Assembly (NCBI GenBank): GCA_040752415.1
Contig: JBFMGU010000256.1
Location: 1 to 15,218 of the forward strand
DNA from: Myxococcota bacterium
GTDB taxonomy: Bacteria > Myxococcota > JACRCW01
Length of the DNA stretch: 15,218 bases
Reading direction: 5' to 3'
Shown piece by piece: positions 1 to 10,048 of this stretch (its first letter is position 1; each line of letters starts with the position of its first letter). The notes beneath the pieces were generated by a model. The model had not been told where the DNA came from. It worked only from the letters and a program-made list of their open reading frames with translations, and made no database searches. The position numbers and the translations under genes are program-made.

Positions 1-483
1 CCTCCTCCGCCCCCCACCACGCCCCAACCCACGACGACAACCACGCCGCCGCCACCCGCCGCGCCCACCGCCTGCGTCACGCGCACGGGGAACGACTGGA
101 TGCTGCAGCCGTGCGTGCTCCAAGGGCCTACCGGGCAGGTCTCCATCGGCGGCGGTCCGGCGGTCATCCACATCTGGCTCCAGGCCTGCGGTGACTGCAT
201 GCCCCAGTTCAACGCGATGAAGTCGCTGCGGGAGTCCGGCCGCGCGCGGTGGTCGGCCTCGCAGTACAACGTGGCGTACGGTCGCGCCGACCCGTCCTGG
301 GCCGCGAGCTATGGTGTCGACGAGAATCTCGCGTTCGACCCGCGCGACAACTTCATTGGTCCGCTGGGGATCGGCACGTTCACCACGCTGGTGTTCAACA
401 GCACGGGCCGCTTGGTGGGTCGCTACTACCCGACTTCGTCGGACTACGCGGCGCAGGTGGCCAGCGCGCTCGCGACGATGTGA
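1..483 (+). CDS. 5'-truncated protein: Pro/Thr-rich linker followed by a thioredoxin-fold (TlpA/ResA-like) CxxC domain
   Basis: Frame 1 is open from base 1 (PPPPPTTPQPTTTTTPPPPAAPTAC...), so the real start lies upstream of the window. It contains VIHIWLQACGDCMPQF (beta strand + WxxxCxxC) and ends with TTLVFNSTGRLVGRY, typical of TlpA-like redoxins. Stop TGA 481-483. Confidence 0.75.
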   Translation, partial: PPPPPTTPQPTTTTTPPPPAAPTACVTRTGNDWMLQPCVLQGPTGQVSIGGGPAVIHIWLQACGDCMPQFNAMKSLRESGRARWSASQYNVAYGRADPSWAASYGVDENLAFDPRDNFIGPLGIGTFTTLVFNSTGRLVGRYYPTSSDYAAQVASALATM

Positions 484-486
484 CGG

Positions 487-2577
487 TCACTCGCGGCGGT
501 TGCCACCGTCGAGCTCGGCCTTGGCGGGGAGGGTGACCTGGTAGTGGTAGTCCACCGCGGCCGGCTTGTTGGGCTCCAGCGTCAGGCTCCAACGCAGGCC
601 TCCGCGCAGCGGCCGGTCGTCGACGGAGCGATCCACGCGCGCGGCCTCCGGCGTGCTGGAGATGAGCGAGACCTGGATGTCCTTCTCGTTGTCCGCGGGC
701 TGCGGGAGACGGTCCAGCAGCACCACGCGCACCGGCTTCTCCTGCGTGGAGAGCAGCTGCACGCGCACCTTGTGATCCACGCGTGAGACCTGGCTGACCA
801 CGCCCTTCTCCTCCTGGTGCACGTGCACGGTCCGTCCCGTGATTCGCACGTCGGGGTCCACGCCCAGGTTGAGCTCCAACGGGCCCGCGCCGCCGGTGGC
901 CTGCAGCTGCGCGGTGACGCGGTATTGGCCGTCCACGTAGACCTGCAGCGGCCCCGCCGCGTACGGCGTGCCGGTGGGCGTGCGGATCTGGCAGAAGCGG
1001 TACACCTCCTGCGAGGCCCGCGGCACCGCGCGATAGTCAACCTCCGCCGGCGCGCGATCCTTGAGCACGGTGACGCCGTGGAACACCCCGTCGGATGGGA
1101 CGTGATGACGTCCACTGGCGGCGTAGACGTGGTGGAAATGGCAACCGGTGAGCGGCGTGGTTCCCGACGGAAGAGGCGTGGCGTGCAGTCGCTCGGCCGC
1201 GGCGCGCAGCGCATCCAACGCCCGACGCAACACGGCCGCATCCGCCAGCGCGTGGCCCTCCACCAGGGACCACAACTGCGTGAACACGTCGACGGGACGG
1301 AGCGTGCCGCGCCCGGGTTCTTCCGGTCCCACCAGCCGCAGGTACGCGTAGCGCAGGCGCGGCGGCAGCTCGACGGGAGGACGCGGCGCGGGAGGTGCAG
1401 CGGGTCGACCACCACCGCCGGGCGCACCGCCCACCGCCATGCGCGCGGGCTTGGCCAGGGGCGCCGCGGGTGGGGGCAAGGTGTCGGCGAGCGCCCGCGC
1501 CATTCCTGTGCGCGAGGCCATCACCTCGACGGGAGGCTGGTCCACCTCCTTGGTGATCTGCTCGGACAACGACATCTCGTATTCGTCGGCGGCAGCGGCA
1601 CCGCCCTCCTCGGGCGCCTCCGGCGCGGGCACCCGACGCAGCTCCTCGGTGCGCGCGCGGTCCTTGTCCTTCCGCGGCGCCATCACGCGTGCCGGTGGCG
1701 ACGAGGGCGCAACCTCCGGGGCCTTGCGCGCGGCCGCGTCGTAGCCGCTGAACAACATGGGAAGGTCCGCGGGAAGCGCACGGAACGCCGGACGCGGCGC
1801 CGCCTGCGCGCGACCCATCCGCCAGCTGGAAACCTCCGGCAGCGTCGTCTCCCGCGTGAGGTCGGTGGTGGCGAGGTGCAGGGTGACGTCGTGCCAGTCC
1901 TCGCCGCTGGCCTGTGCCACCAGCGCGCGCAGGGTGAGCTCGGCCTCGCCGTTGCCGAGGTGCACGCTGTAGGTCGGCACCCAGCGCGCCGCTTCCACGA
2001 AGTACTCGAGCTCGAAGTGGCACGGACCGGTGACCCCGGCGAGCGTGAAGGTGAGACCGCGGTAGAAGCGTGGCGGTGTTCCGTCCTTGCCTCCGCGCGC
2101 CTGCAGCATCTTGAGCCGCGCCAGGTTCTCCGCCCGACGGACGCCCAGCGCGTTGCGCATCTTCTCCAGCTCACGGATGCGCTCGGTGGCGGAGCGGTGC
2201 AGGGAGACCCAAGAGGCAGCGTCGGGGAGCGGGCCGGAGGGAAGGTCCTTGGCTTCCGCGGGACGGAGGCTCTCCAGTCCACGGATGAGCGTCTGCAACG
2301 AGGCGTCCTGTTGGAGGATGCTCTCGTCGGTGAGGCTGCAGTGCAGGATCTCCGACGTCAGCGGGCTCTCCGCGGCGCCTCCGCCCTCCAGCACGCACGT
2401 CTCCTCCAGGTCCAGCACCGTGCCCTGTTCCGCGCGCACACGCAGGGAGTCCGACGAGAACAGGAGGGGCAGCCCACCCACGCTGACGCGGCTCCCGGTG
2501 GCGGTGCCCGCGCGCACCACGAGCGCTCCGTTGCGGTAGACGGTGACGCGGCGGACGGCGGTGGAGACGGTTTCCAT
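487..2577 (-). CDS. DUF4140 (N-terminal) + DUF4139 (C-terminal) domain protein, 696 aa
   Basis: N-terminal VRRVTVYRNGALVVR...GLP...SLRV is DUF4140-like and is followed by a coiled-coil. LEYFVEAARWVPTYSVHL and LVAQASGEDWHDVTLHLAT, plus C-terminal GPLQVYVDGQY, LNLGVDPDVRI and GGLRWSLTLEP, are DUF4139 hallmarks. There is a central Ala/Pro-rich insert. Confidence 0.9.
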   Translation of the reverse strand: METVSTAVRRVTVYRNGALVVRAGTATGSRVSVGGLPLLFSSDSLRVRAEQGTVLDLEETCVLEGGGAAESPLTSEILHCSLTDESILQQDASLQTLIRGLESLRPAEAKDLPSGPLPDAASWVSLHRSATERIRELEKMRNALGVRRAENLARLKMLQARGGKDGTPPRFYRGLTFTLAGVTGPCHFELEYFVEAARWVPTYSVHLGNGEAELTLRALVAQASGEDWHDVTLHLATTDLTRETTLPEVSSWRMGRAQAAPRPAFRALPADLPMLFSGYDAAARKAPEVAPSSPPARVMAPRKDKDRARTEELRRVPAPEAPEEGGAAAADEYEMSLSEQITKEVDQPPVEVMASRTGMARALADTLPPPAAPLAKPARMAVGGAPGGGGRPAAPPAPRPPVELPPRLRYAYLRLVGPEEPGRGTLRPVDVFTQLWSLVEGHALADAAVLRRALDALRAAAERLHATPLPSGTTPLTGCHFHHVYAASGRHHVPSDGVFHGVTVLKDRAPAEVDYRAVPRASQEVYRFCQIRTPTGTPYAAGPLQVYVDGQYRVTAQLQATGGAGPLELNLGVDPDVRITGRTVHVHQEEKGVVSQVSRVDHKVRVQLLSTQEKPVRVVLLDRLPQPADNEKDIQVSLISSTPEAARVDRSVDDRPLRGGLRWSLTLEPNKPAAVDYHYQVTLPAKAELDGGNRRE

Positions 2578-2621
2578 GACGGTCCGTGCACCCTACCACC
2601 GTGCGCCCGGTGGAAGAACGT

Positions 2622-3172
2622 TCAGCCGGCGGCCGCGGCGGCGTCGGTGGGAAGAGCCGCGTCCGTGCGTGCGGCGTCCGGGATGGTGGCGTCGAGCGCG
2701 GGCGTGGCGTCGGGAATGGCGGCGTCGGGCGGACCCGCGTCCAGCGTGGTGGCGTCGGGAACCGCGGCGTCGGGCCGTGCGGCGTCGGGGACGGCGGCAT
2801 CCGGCGTGGCCGCATCCGTGCGCGCGGCGTCGGGGACGGCGGCGTCGCGCGGGACGGAAGCGTCGCGGCCGCAGGTGTAGAGGCGACCGCAGAACACGTC
2901 CTGGCACGCCAGGCAGTCGGGGTTGATGCACACGTGGGCGGGGAGGGTGACGTCGGCGCAGGCCTGCGCGCACTCCTCCTTGATGCAGCCCACAAAGCCC
3001 GCGTCCGCTCCCGCATCCTCGACGAGGATTGCGGCGTCACGGGGGCGGGGCTCGGTCAGTCCTCCGTCGGGCGCGTCCCGGCAGGTGTCCAGCACGGTGA
3101 CGCACACCACGCGACACCCGTGCAGCATGAGCACGCATCCCAGCGCCATGACGACGGAGAACGGCCGCGTCA

Positions 3173-3173
<1 letters not shown>
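2622..3173 (-). CDS. Putative lipoprotein with a Cys-rich domain and C-terminal PDAA-type repeats
   Basis: The ATG at 3173-3171 overlaps the upstream TGA (TGATG coupling). MTRPFSVVMALGCVLMLHGC resembles a signal peptide with lipobox LHG-C. It has an 8-Cys segment (CIKEECAQAC...CINPDCLACQDVFC...TC) and a tail of PDAAx repeats. Confidence 0.75.
2637..2866 (-). repeat. Intragenic degenerate ~15-bp tandem repeat encoding (P)DA(A/T)x pentapeptides
   Basis: GCGGCGTCGGG-like units recur on the + strand. The protein reads RDASV-PRDAAV-PDAART-DAAT-PDAAV-PDAAR-PDAAV-PDATT-LDAGP-PDAAI-PDATP... Confidence 0.85.
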
Positions 3174-4987
<1,814 letters not shown>

Positions 4988-5025
4988 GGGCCGGGACCCT
5001 AGGTCCGACGTGGCCCGCCCACAAC

Positions 5026-5304
5026 TCACATCGGCGTCTCGGCCAGCTCACCCATGTGGTCCATGAGCAGGTCACCGTTCATGGCGTGGTTCTCGGTGTG
5101 GAACACCCACTCACTGCCCGCGCGCTGGACCCGTCCCATGACGCCACGCAGCCGCAGCGGGGCGCCGTCGCGCAGGTCCACCTCACCCACCGCGAAGCAG
5201 TCCAGGGCCCGTCGCGACGTGCTCAGCGATCCCCGGATCCAGCCTGGCTTGAGCGCGGGTGGCATGACCTGGTCCCTTGGAACAGTGGTTTCAGCTTCCT
5301 CCAT
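5026..5304 (-). CDS. Hypothetical protein (~92 aa), start uncertain
   Basis: This is the 3' part of ORF 5026..5694 (MEEAETTVPRDQ...GEVDLRDGAPLRLRGVMGRVQRAGSEWVFHTE...). It reads protein-like and is co-oriented with the AAA gene 38 bp downstream. No family recognised. Confidence 0.4.
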   Translation of the reverse strand: MEEAETTVPRDQVMPPALKPGWIRGSLSTSRRALDCFAVGEVDLRDGAPLRLRGVMGRVQRAGSEWVFHTENHAMNGDLLMDHMGELAETPM

Positions 5305-5637
5305 GGGATCAGCGGCGCGCAACCACTTCGTGCAGGGCGCCATCCGCATCCACGATGACAACCGGGGTTTCCCTTCGTGGTGGTCTGCGTTGGCATGGCC
5401 TTGGGCAGTGGTGTGCGATTCCTCATCACCTCTCGACGGACGGGGGCGATCCGCGGCGTTTCCTCGTCGGGGCCGTGAACGTGATGGGCGCGCGCGTGCA
5501 GGGCACCACCGCGGTGCACGCCGCCCAACGTGCCCAGTGCGGAGATGTACGTGGTGCTCACCCTCGTCGGGGATGGGTGGTGGGCATGCTGCGGCGCGGG
5601 CGCTGGGCGGCGGGGGCCGAGGCGCTATGCTCGGTCC

Positions 5638-5850
5638 ATGGAGCACACCGAAGACGGCCAGCCCTTCATCCGGCTCGACCAGTTCCTCAAGCACAAGTCC
5701 ATGGTGGCCACCGGCGGGCAGGCCAAGCTGCTCATCCAGGGCGGCCAGGTGCAGGTCAATGGCGAGGTGGAGACCCGTCGCGGACGGAAGCTGCGCCAGG
5801 GCGACACGGTGAGCCTGGAGGGACGCACCGCCACCGTCTCACTGGGCTGA
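5638..5850 (+). CDS. S4-domain RNA-binding protein (YbcJ/YaaA-like), 70 aa
   Basis: IRLDQFLK...TGGQAKLLIQGGQVQVNGEVETRRGRKLRQGDTV matches the small stand-alone S4 family. ATG at 5638. Confidence 0.93.
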   Translation: MEHTEDGQPFIRLDQFLKHKSMVATGGQAKLLIQGGQVQVNGEVETRRGRKLRQGDTVSLEGRTATVSLG

Positions 5851-5894
5851 CCCAGCGGGCCCACCTTGGGCGTGCGCGGCAGCAGCGCTGCGTT

Positions 5895-7667
5895 ATGGTG
5901 GCCCCGGTGAGCGCCGACTCCTCCTCTCCCCAGCACGCCCCGGCGAGCTTCCGCCGCCTGGTGCAGCTCGCCCGGCCCGAAGCGCCGCTGATTGCGGTGG
6001 CCACGGTGGCGTTGTTCATCAGCAGCGGGCTGACGCTGGTGGCGCCGCAGGGCATTCGCGTGTTGATGGACGCGGTGACCCGCAGCGACGGACAGCAGGT
6101 GCTGGACCGCACCGTGCTCGCGCTGTTCGGCGTGTTCGCGGTGACGGCGGTCTTCTCGTTCCTGCGCGCGTACCTGTTCACGCTGGCGGGGGAGCGCGTG
6201 GTGGCGCGCTTGCGCAAGACGTTGTTCCAGAACCTGGTGCGGCAGGAGGTGGGCTTCTTCGACGGGGAACGCACCGGGGAGCTGCTCAACCGGCTGGGCG
6301 CGGATACGGGCGTGTTGCAGAACAGCGTGACGGTGAATGTGTCCATGGCGCTGCGCTACGCGGTGCAGGTGCTGGGCAGCCTGGTGGTGCTGCTCTGGAC
6401 CAGCTGGCAGCTCACGGTGCTCATGATGGCGGTGGTTCCCGTCGTGGCGGTGGGCGCGGTGGTGTTCGCGCGCACGGTGCGTCGCCTCTCGCGTGAGACG
6501 CAGGACGCGCTGGCCAGCGCCAACGAGGTGGCCGAGGAGGTGCTCGGCAACATCCGCACCGTGCGCAGCTTCGCGCGGGAGCCGCAGGAGGTGGGGCGGT
6601 ACACCGGGCGCATTGATCGTGCGTTTGCGTTGGGGCGCACCGCGGCGCGCGCGTACGGCGTGTTCCAGGGAGCGCTGGGGCTGGCGGGCTATTTCGCCGT
6701 GGCGGTGGTGCTCTGGTACGGCGGAACGCTGGTGCTGCGCGGGGCGCTCTCCGTCGGGGATCTCACCGCGTTCATGCTCTATACGCTGTATCTCGCGTTT
6801 GCGTTGGCCAGCCTCTCGTCGCTGTATGGTGACTTCAATCGCGCCATTGGGGCCAGTGCGCGCGTGTTCCACCTGCTCGACCGTCAGGCGGGTGTGGTGA
6901 AGGAGGGTGGACAACGCCTGACGTCGCTGCGGGGGGCGGTGCGGTTGGAGGGCGTGACGTTCGCGTATCCCTCGCGGCAGGACGTGAACGTGCTCCACGA
7001 CGTCACCCTGGAGCTGCAGCCGGGCAAGGTGCTGGCGCTGGTGGGGCCTTCCGGGGGCGGGAAGAGCACGGTGGCGGCGCTCATCTCGCGTTTCTACGAC
7101 CCGAACGCGGGGCGCGTGCTGCTGGACGGCGAGGATATCCGGGAGCTGGACACCGCGTGGCTGCGCGAGCAGGTGGGCATGGTGGCGCAGGAGCCGGTGC
7201 TGTTTGCCGCGAGCATCCGGGAGAACATCCTGTACGGGAATCCCTCCGCCACGACGGAGCAGGTGGAGGCCGCCGCGCGCGCGGCCAATGCGCACGAGTT
7301 CATCCGCGCGTTCCCGCAAGGCTACGAGACGCTGGTGGGGGAGCGCGGCGTGCGGCTGTCCGGCGGACAGAAGCAGCGGATTGCCATTGCGCGGGCGTTG
7401 CTGAAGGACCCGCGCATCCTCGTGCTGGACGAGGCGACGAGCGCGTTGGACGCGGAGAGCGAGCACCTCGTCAAACAGGCGCTGGAGCGGCTCATGCAGG
7501 GACGCACGGTGCTGGTGATTGCGCATCGGCTCTCGACGGTGCAGAGCGCGGACCGCGTGGTGGTGGTGCAGGGTGGACGCGTGGTGGAGAGCGGCCGTCA
7601 CGACGAGCTGGTGGCGCTGGGCGGGGTGTACCGTCGGCTGGTGGAGCACCAGTTCGCGCACGCGTGA
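5895..7667 (+). CDS. ABC transporter, fused permease + ATP-binding (ABCB/MsbA/Mdl-like half-transporter)
   Basis: N-terminal TM domain with GERVVARLR...FFD...TGELLNRL. Walker A GPSGGGKST, Q-loop VAQEP, signature LSGGQKQR, Walker B ILVLDEATSALD, H-loop IAHRLS. Start is ATG 5895 or in-frame GTG 5907. Confidence 0.95.
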   Translation: MVAPVSADSSSPQHAPASFRRLVQLARPEAPLIAVATVALFISSGLTLVAPQGIRVLMDAVTRSDGQQVLDRTVLALFGVFAVTAVFSFLRAYLFTLAGERVVARLRKTLFQNLVRQEVGFFDGERTGELLNRLGADTGVLQNSVTVNVSMALRYAVQVLGSLVVLLWTSWQLTVLMMAVVPVVAVGAVVFARTVRRLSRETQDALASANEVAEEVLGNIRTVRSFAREPQEVGRYTGRIDRAFALGRTAARAYGVFQGALGLAGYFAVAVVLWYGGTLVLRGALSVGDLTAFMLYTLYLAFALASLSSLYGDFNRAIGASARVFHLLDRQAGVVKEGGQRLTSLRGAVRLEGVTFAYPSRQDVNVLHDVTLELQPGKVLALVGPSGGGKSTVAALISRFYDPNAGRVLLDGEDIRELDTAWLREQVGMVAQEPVLFAASIRENILYGNPSATTEQVEAAARAANAHEFIRAFPQGYETLVGERGVRLSGGQKQRIAIARALLKDPRILVLDEATSALDAESEHLVKQALERLMQGRTVLVIAHRLSTVQSADRVVVVQGGRVVESGRHDELVALGGVYRRLVEHQFAHA

Positions 7668-7683
7668 GGGGTGGTGGAGACTT

Positions 7684-7975
7684 GGGGAGTGCAGGGTTGG
7701 CCCCCCCACCCCGCCGCCTTCCGACTTCACCGGTTTCTCGTCGTGGCGGCGGACCTCCCCCACGGCGTGGGGAGGCGTAGATGTGCCGCGTCGTTCAGAC
7801 GTGATGGTCATTCCGCGGCACGGGTCCAATGTGGCGTTGTGCCGCGCTGGGCCAATGAGAAAACCGGCCGCGGCACATCGACGCCTCCCCACGCCGTGGG
7901 GGAGGCCCGCCGCCACGACGAGAAATCGGTGCAGCGGAAAGGCGGCGGGGTGGGGGGGCCAGCCCTGCACTCCCC
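7684..7975. repeat. Long imperfect inverted repeat with 107-bp arms (7684-7790 and 7869-7975) and a 78-bp spacer; REP/REPIN- or MITE-like
   Basis: Manual alignment of the left arm with the reverse complement of the right arm gives 5 substitutions and 2 compensating single-base indels. It lies between convergent stop codons at 7667 and 8069. Confidence 0.92.
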
Positions 7976-8068
7976 CGAATCCCCACCCACACCCCGAAAA
8001 CACCTTCGCCCGTGCCCCACGCTCATCACGCGGAACACGGGCGAGAGGACTTGCTACCGACGAGAAAA

Positions 8069-9418
8069 TCAGATCACGCCCGGCAGACGCACACCCAGGC
8101 CGCCCGTCAGCTTGGGCGCCTTCCCGTCCTTGCAGCGCGAGGAATACACCAGCTCCACCTGCTTGCCCGTCACGCCCTCGTTGTCACGCGGGGTGAGGAT
8201 GAGCGGGTCGCCGTCACGCAGGTCACCCACGTTGAGCCTCAGCTGGCGGTCGTCGCCAATCGTGGCGTTGTAGGTCTGGCCGGTGCGCTGGTTCTGCACG
8301 GTGACCGTGGAGCGCGGCTCCATGGCGCCCAGACCGGTCAGCGTCACGCTGCGGTTGAAGTTCAGCACTGCGCCCACGTCGGGAGCGCCAAAGATGCCGT
8401 CCTTCTGGCCGGTGTAGGCGCTCTCCAGGCTGCTGAACAGCTCGGGGTCCGCGGCAATCTCACCCAGCACCTCGCGCAGCGGCGCGGGCAGGTTCGCGTT
8501 CTCCGACAGCGTCTTGAAATCCTCGATCTTGAAGCTGTCCTTGCCCGCCACCTGCTTCAGCGTGGCCCAGTTCTGGTTGACCACCTGCATGAGCTCCTTG
8601 TCGCTCTCATCAAAGCGGTCATCCGTCACCAGGATCAGCTTCTCCTCGAGGACCTGCGGCTCGCGCGTGTCATTGACGGACTTCATCAGCAGGTTCTTGC
8701 GCACCGCCTCGCCGTCCAGCGCGTTGAAGGAGGTGCCCGGCGTGAACGTCCCCGCCTCGTTGATGCGGCCGTTGACCCAGTCATTGGGCTCAAACTCCGA
8801 CGTCACCGGCACGGAGGTGTTGCCCTTCGGGTCCACCGCGCGGATCTGGTAGACGTCACCGGGCTGGATGCCCAGCTCCGCCATGCGCTCCGCCGTCAGG
8901 TAGATGGACGCCACGCGGTTGTTGATGTCGCGACCGGTGATGTCCAGCTTGGCCACGTCGGCCTTGGTGTCGAACGAGGCGGCGGGGTTCTTGGAGAGGT
9001 TGATGATCTCGAAGCTGGTGCCCAGCTCCACGTTCTGCATCTCGATGTAGACCGGGTCGCGGTTGGGCACGGTGGTGCGCGGGTTGGCGCTGTTGCCCTC
9101 GAAGCGGGCGCCGTCGGCGGCGCGCTCAAAGGCCATGGAGTTGAGGATGCGCGGCGCGGGCGGCGGCTCCATGTCGCCGGAGCTGCAGGCCTTGAGGCCG
9201 TTGAGGTAGTTCACCATGGCCTGCTTGGCGGCGGGCTCCAGGTTGCAGTCGGAACCGGCGAGGATGCGCTCCAGGTCTGCGCGCTCCTTGGCGCTCAAGA
9301 GGTTGCCGTCTTTGGCCTTGTCGAGGATGGCGTTCATCTCCTGCTCGGAGATTTTTCCGTCCTGCATCGCCGTGTTGTATGCGCTGCGGATTCCACGATC
9401 CTGGATCTTGAAGGACAT
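8069..9418 (-). CDS. Hypothetical protein, 449 aa, with an N-terminal EF-hand-like helical segment and two Ig-like repeats
   Basis: Strong SD (AAGGAG) lies 8 nt before ATG 9418 (MSFKIQDRG...). Third codon positions are strongly GC-biased. Related motifs GDVYQIRAVDPKGNTS and GDPLILTPRDNEGVTG. No hydrophobic signal peptide. Confidence 0.85.
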   Translation of the reverse strand: MSFKIQDRGIRSAYNTAMQDGKISEQEMNAILDKAKDGNLLSAKERADLERILAGSDCNLEPAAKQAMVNYLNGLKACSSGDMEPPPAPRILNSMAFERAADGARFEGNSANPRTTVPNRDPVYIEMQNVELGTSFEIINLSKNPAASFDTKADVAKLDITGRDINNRVASIYLTAERMAELGIQPGDVYQIRAVDPKGNTSVPVTSEFEPNDWVNGRINEAGTFTPGTSFNALDGEAVRKNLLMKSVNDTREPQVLEEKLILVTDDRFDESDKELMQVVNQNWATLKQVAGKDSFKIEDFKTLSENANLPAPLREVLGEIAADPELFSSLESAYTGQKDGIFGAPDVGAVLNFNRSVTLTGLGAMEPRSTVTVQNQRTGQTYNATIGDDRQLRLNVGDLRDGDPLILTPRDNEGVTGKQVELVYSSRCKDGKAPKLTGGLGVRLPGVI

Positions 9419-9544
9419 TTCCGAGACTCCTTGCGTGCGCCGCACAGGGGGCGCCCAACGGGACGCGCTGGCGTAGCACACGCGGATTCGCCCATCCAGC
9501 GCAGCGAGCCCGTCCATGACGAGGTGGAACCGGTCGGATGTAGG

Positions 9545-10048
9545 TCAGGGTCGCGAGGCCACGGTGATGGCCAGCCAGGGTCCGCGGGATTTTCCGAGCG
9601 TGGCATTCCAGTACCAGTCGGACACGTCGGGCCAATGGATCCCGTTGGCGTCGACGACACTCTCCCGCACCCGCAACGTCTCTTCGCCACGTCGCGCGTC
9701 GAACACCTGCCAGTCCACCTTGCCGTCGCTGGCCTGGGCGGGACGCGGGACGATGGTGTAGCCCACGGCGGAGAGGCACTCGCGCGAGGGATGCAGGCGA
9801 CGCGTCGGCTCGTCGGTCCAGCGCAGGATGACCTCGCGACCACTGCTGCTGAATCGCGCCACGTGACCGGGAAATCCGTCGAGAAACCGGGATTCGCGCG
9901 GGCTCAGCGGCTTGGGTGTCAGCGGCGCGCCCTCGAACGTGGTGGGCCAACCCGCGAACGCCGCGCGCGGTGCCACGGGGCGTTCTCCGTCGAGGAATGG
10001 GGCCAGCGCGGCCAGGACCGCGGCGGTCAGGAAGGACGCCATGCGCAT
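9545..10048 (-). CDS. Exosortase-associated, EpsI-like exported protein, 167 aa
   Basis: Starts MRMASFLTAAVLAALAPF (signal or anchor) and overlaps the exosortase 3' end by 22 nt. RRLHPSRECLSAVGY resembles the H-x-P/x-x-x-C-x3-G-aromatic motif of EpsI-type exosortase partners. Confidence 0.72.
   Translation of the reverse strand: MRMASFLTAAVLAALAPFLDGERPVAPRAAFAGWPTTFEGAPLTPKPLSPRESRFLDGFPGHVARFSSSGREVILRWTDEPTRRLHPSRECLSAVGYTIVPRPAQASDGKVDWQVFDARRGEETLRVRESVVDANGIHWPDVSDWYWNATLGKSRGPWLAITVASRP

Noticed and set aside
2637..2866. Tandem repeats as CRISPR or non-coding VNTR
   Set aside because: They are in-frame codon-length units inside a CDS with no spacers.
817..2880. Long + strand ORF (687 aa), and similar shadow ORFs 3242..5002, 5625..8003, 8012..10162, 11265..12956 and 13665..14804
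   Set aside because: They are antisense shadows of well-supported genes, have no motifs, and are expected in high-GC DNA where stops are scarce.
5277..5894. N-terminal 200-aa extension of the ABC transporter in the ORF track
   Set aside because: It overlaps the clear S4 gene in another frame and reads as out-of-frame R/G/P-rich sequence. The real start is 5895 or 5907.
7684..7975. Palindrome as a CRISPR array or simple Rho-independent terminator
   Set aside because: There are no regularly spaced direct repeats with unique spacers, no cas genes and no U-tract, and the arms are far too long.
7519..8273. ORFs across the palindrome (7519..8196, 7671..8273, 7795..7992, 7808..8038)
   Set aside because: They are mirror-image peptides produced by the inverted repeat, with no RBS or coding bias.
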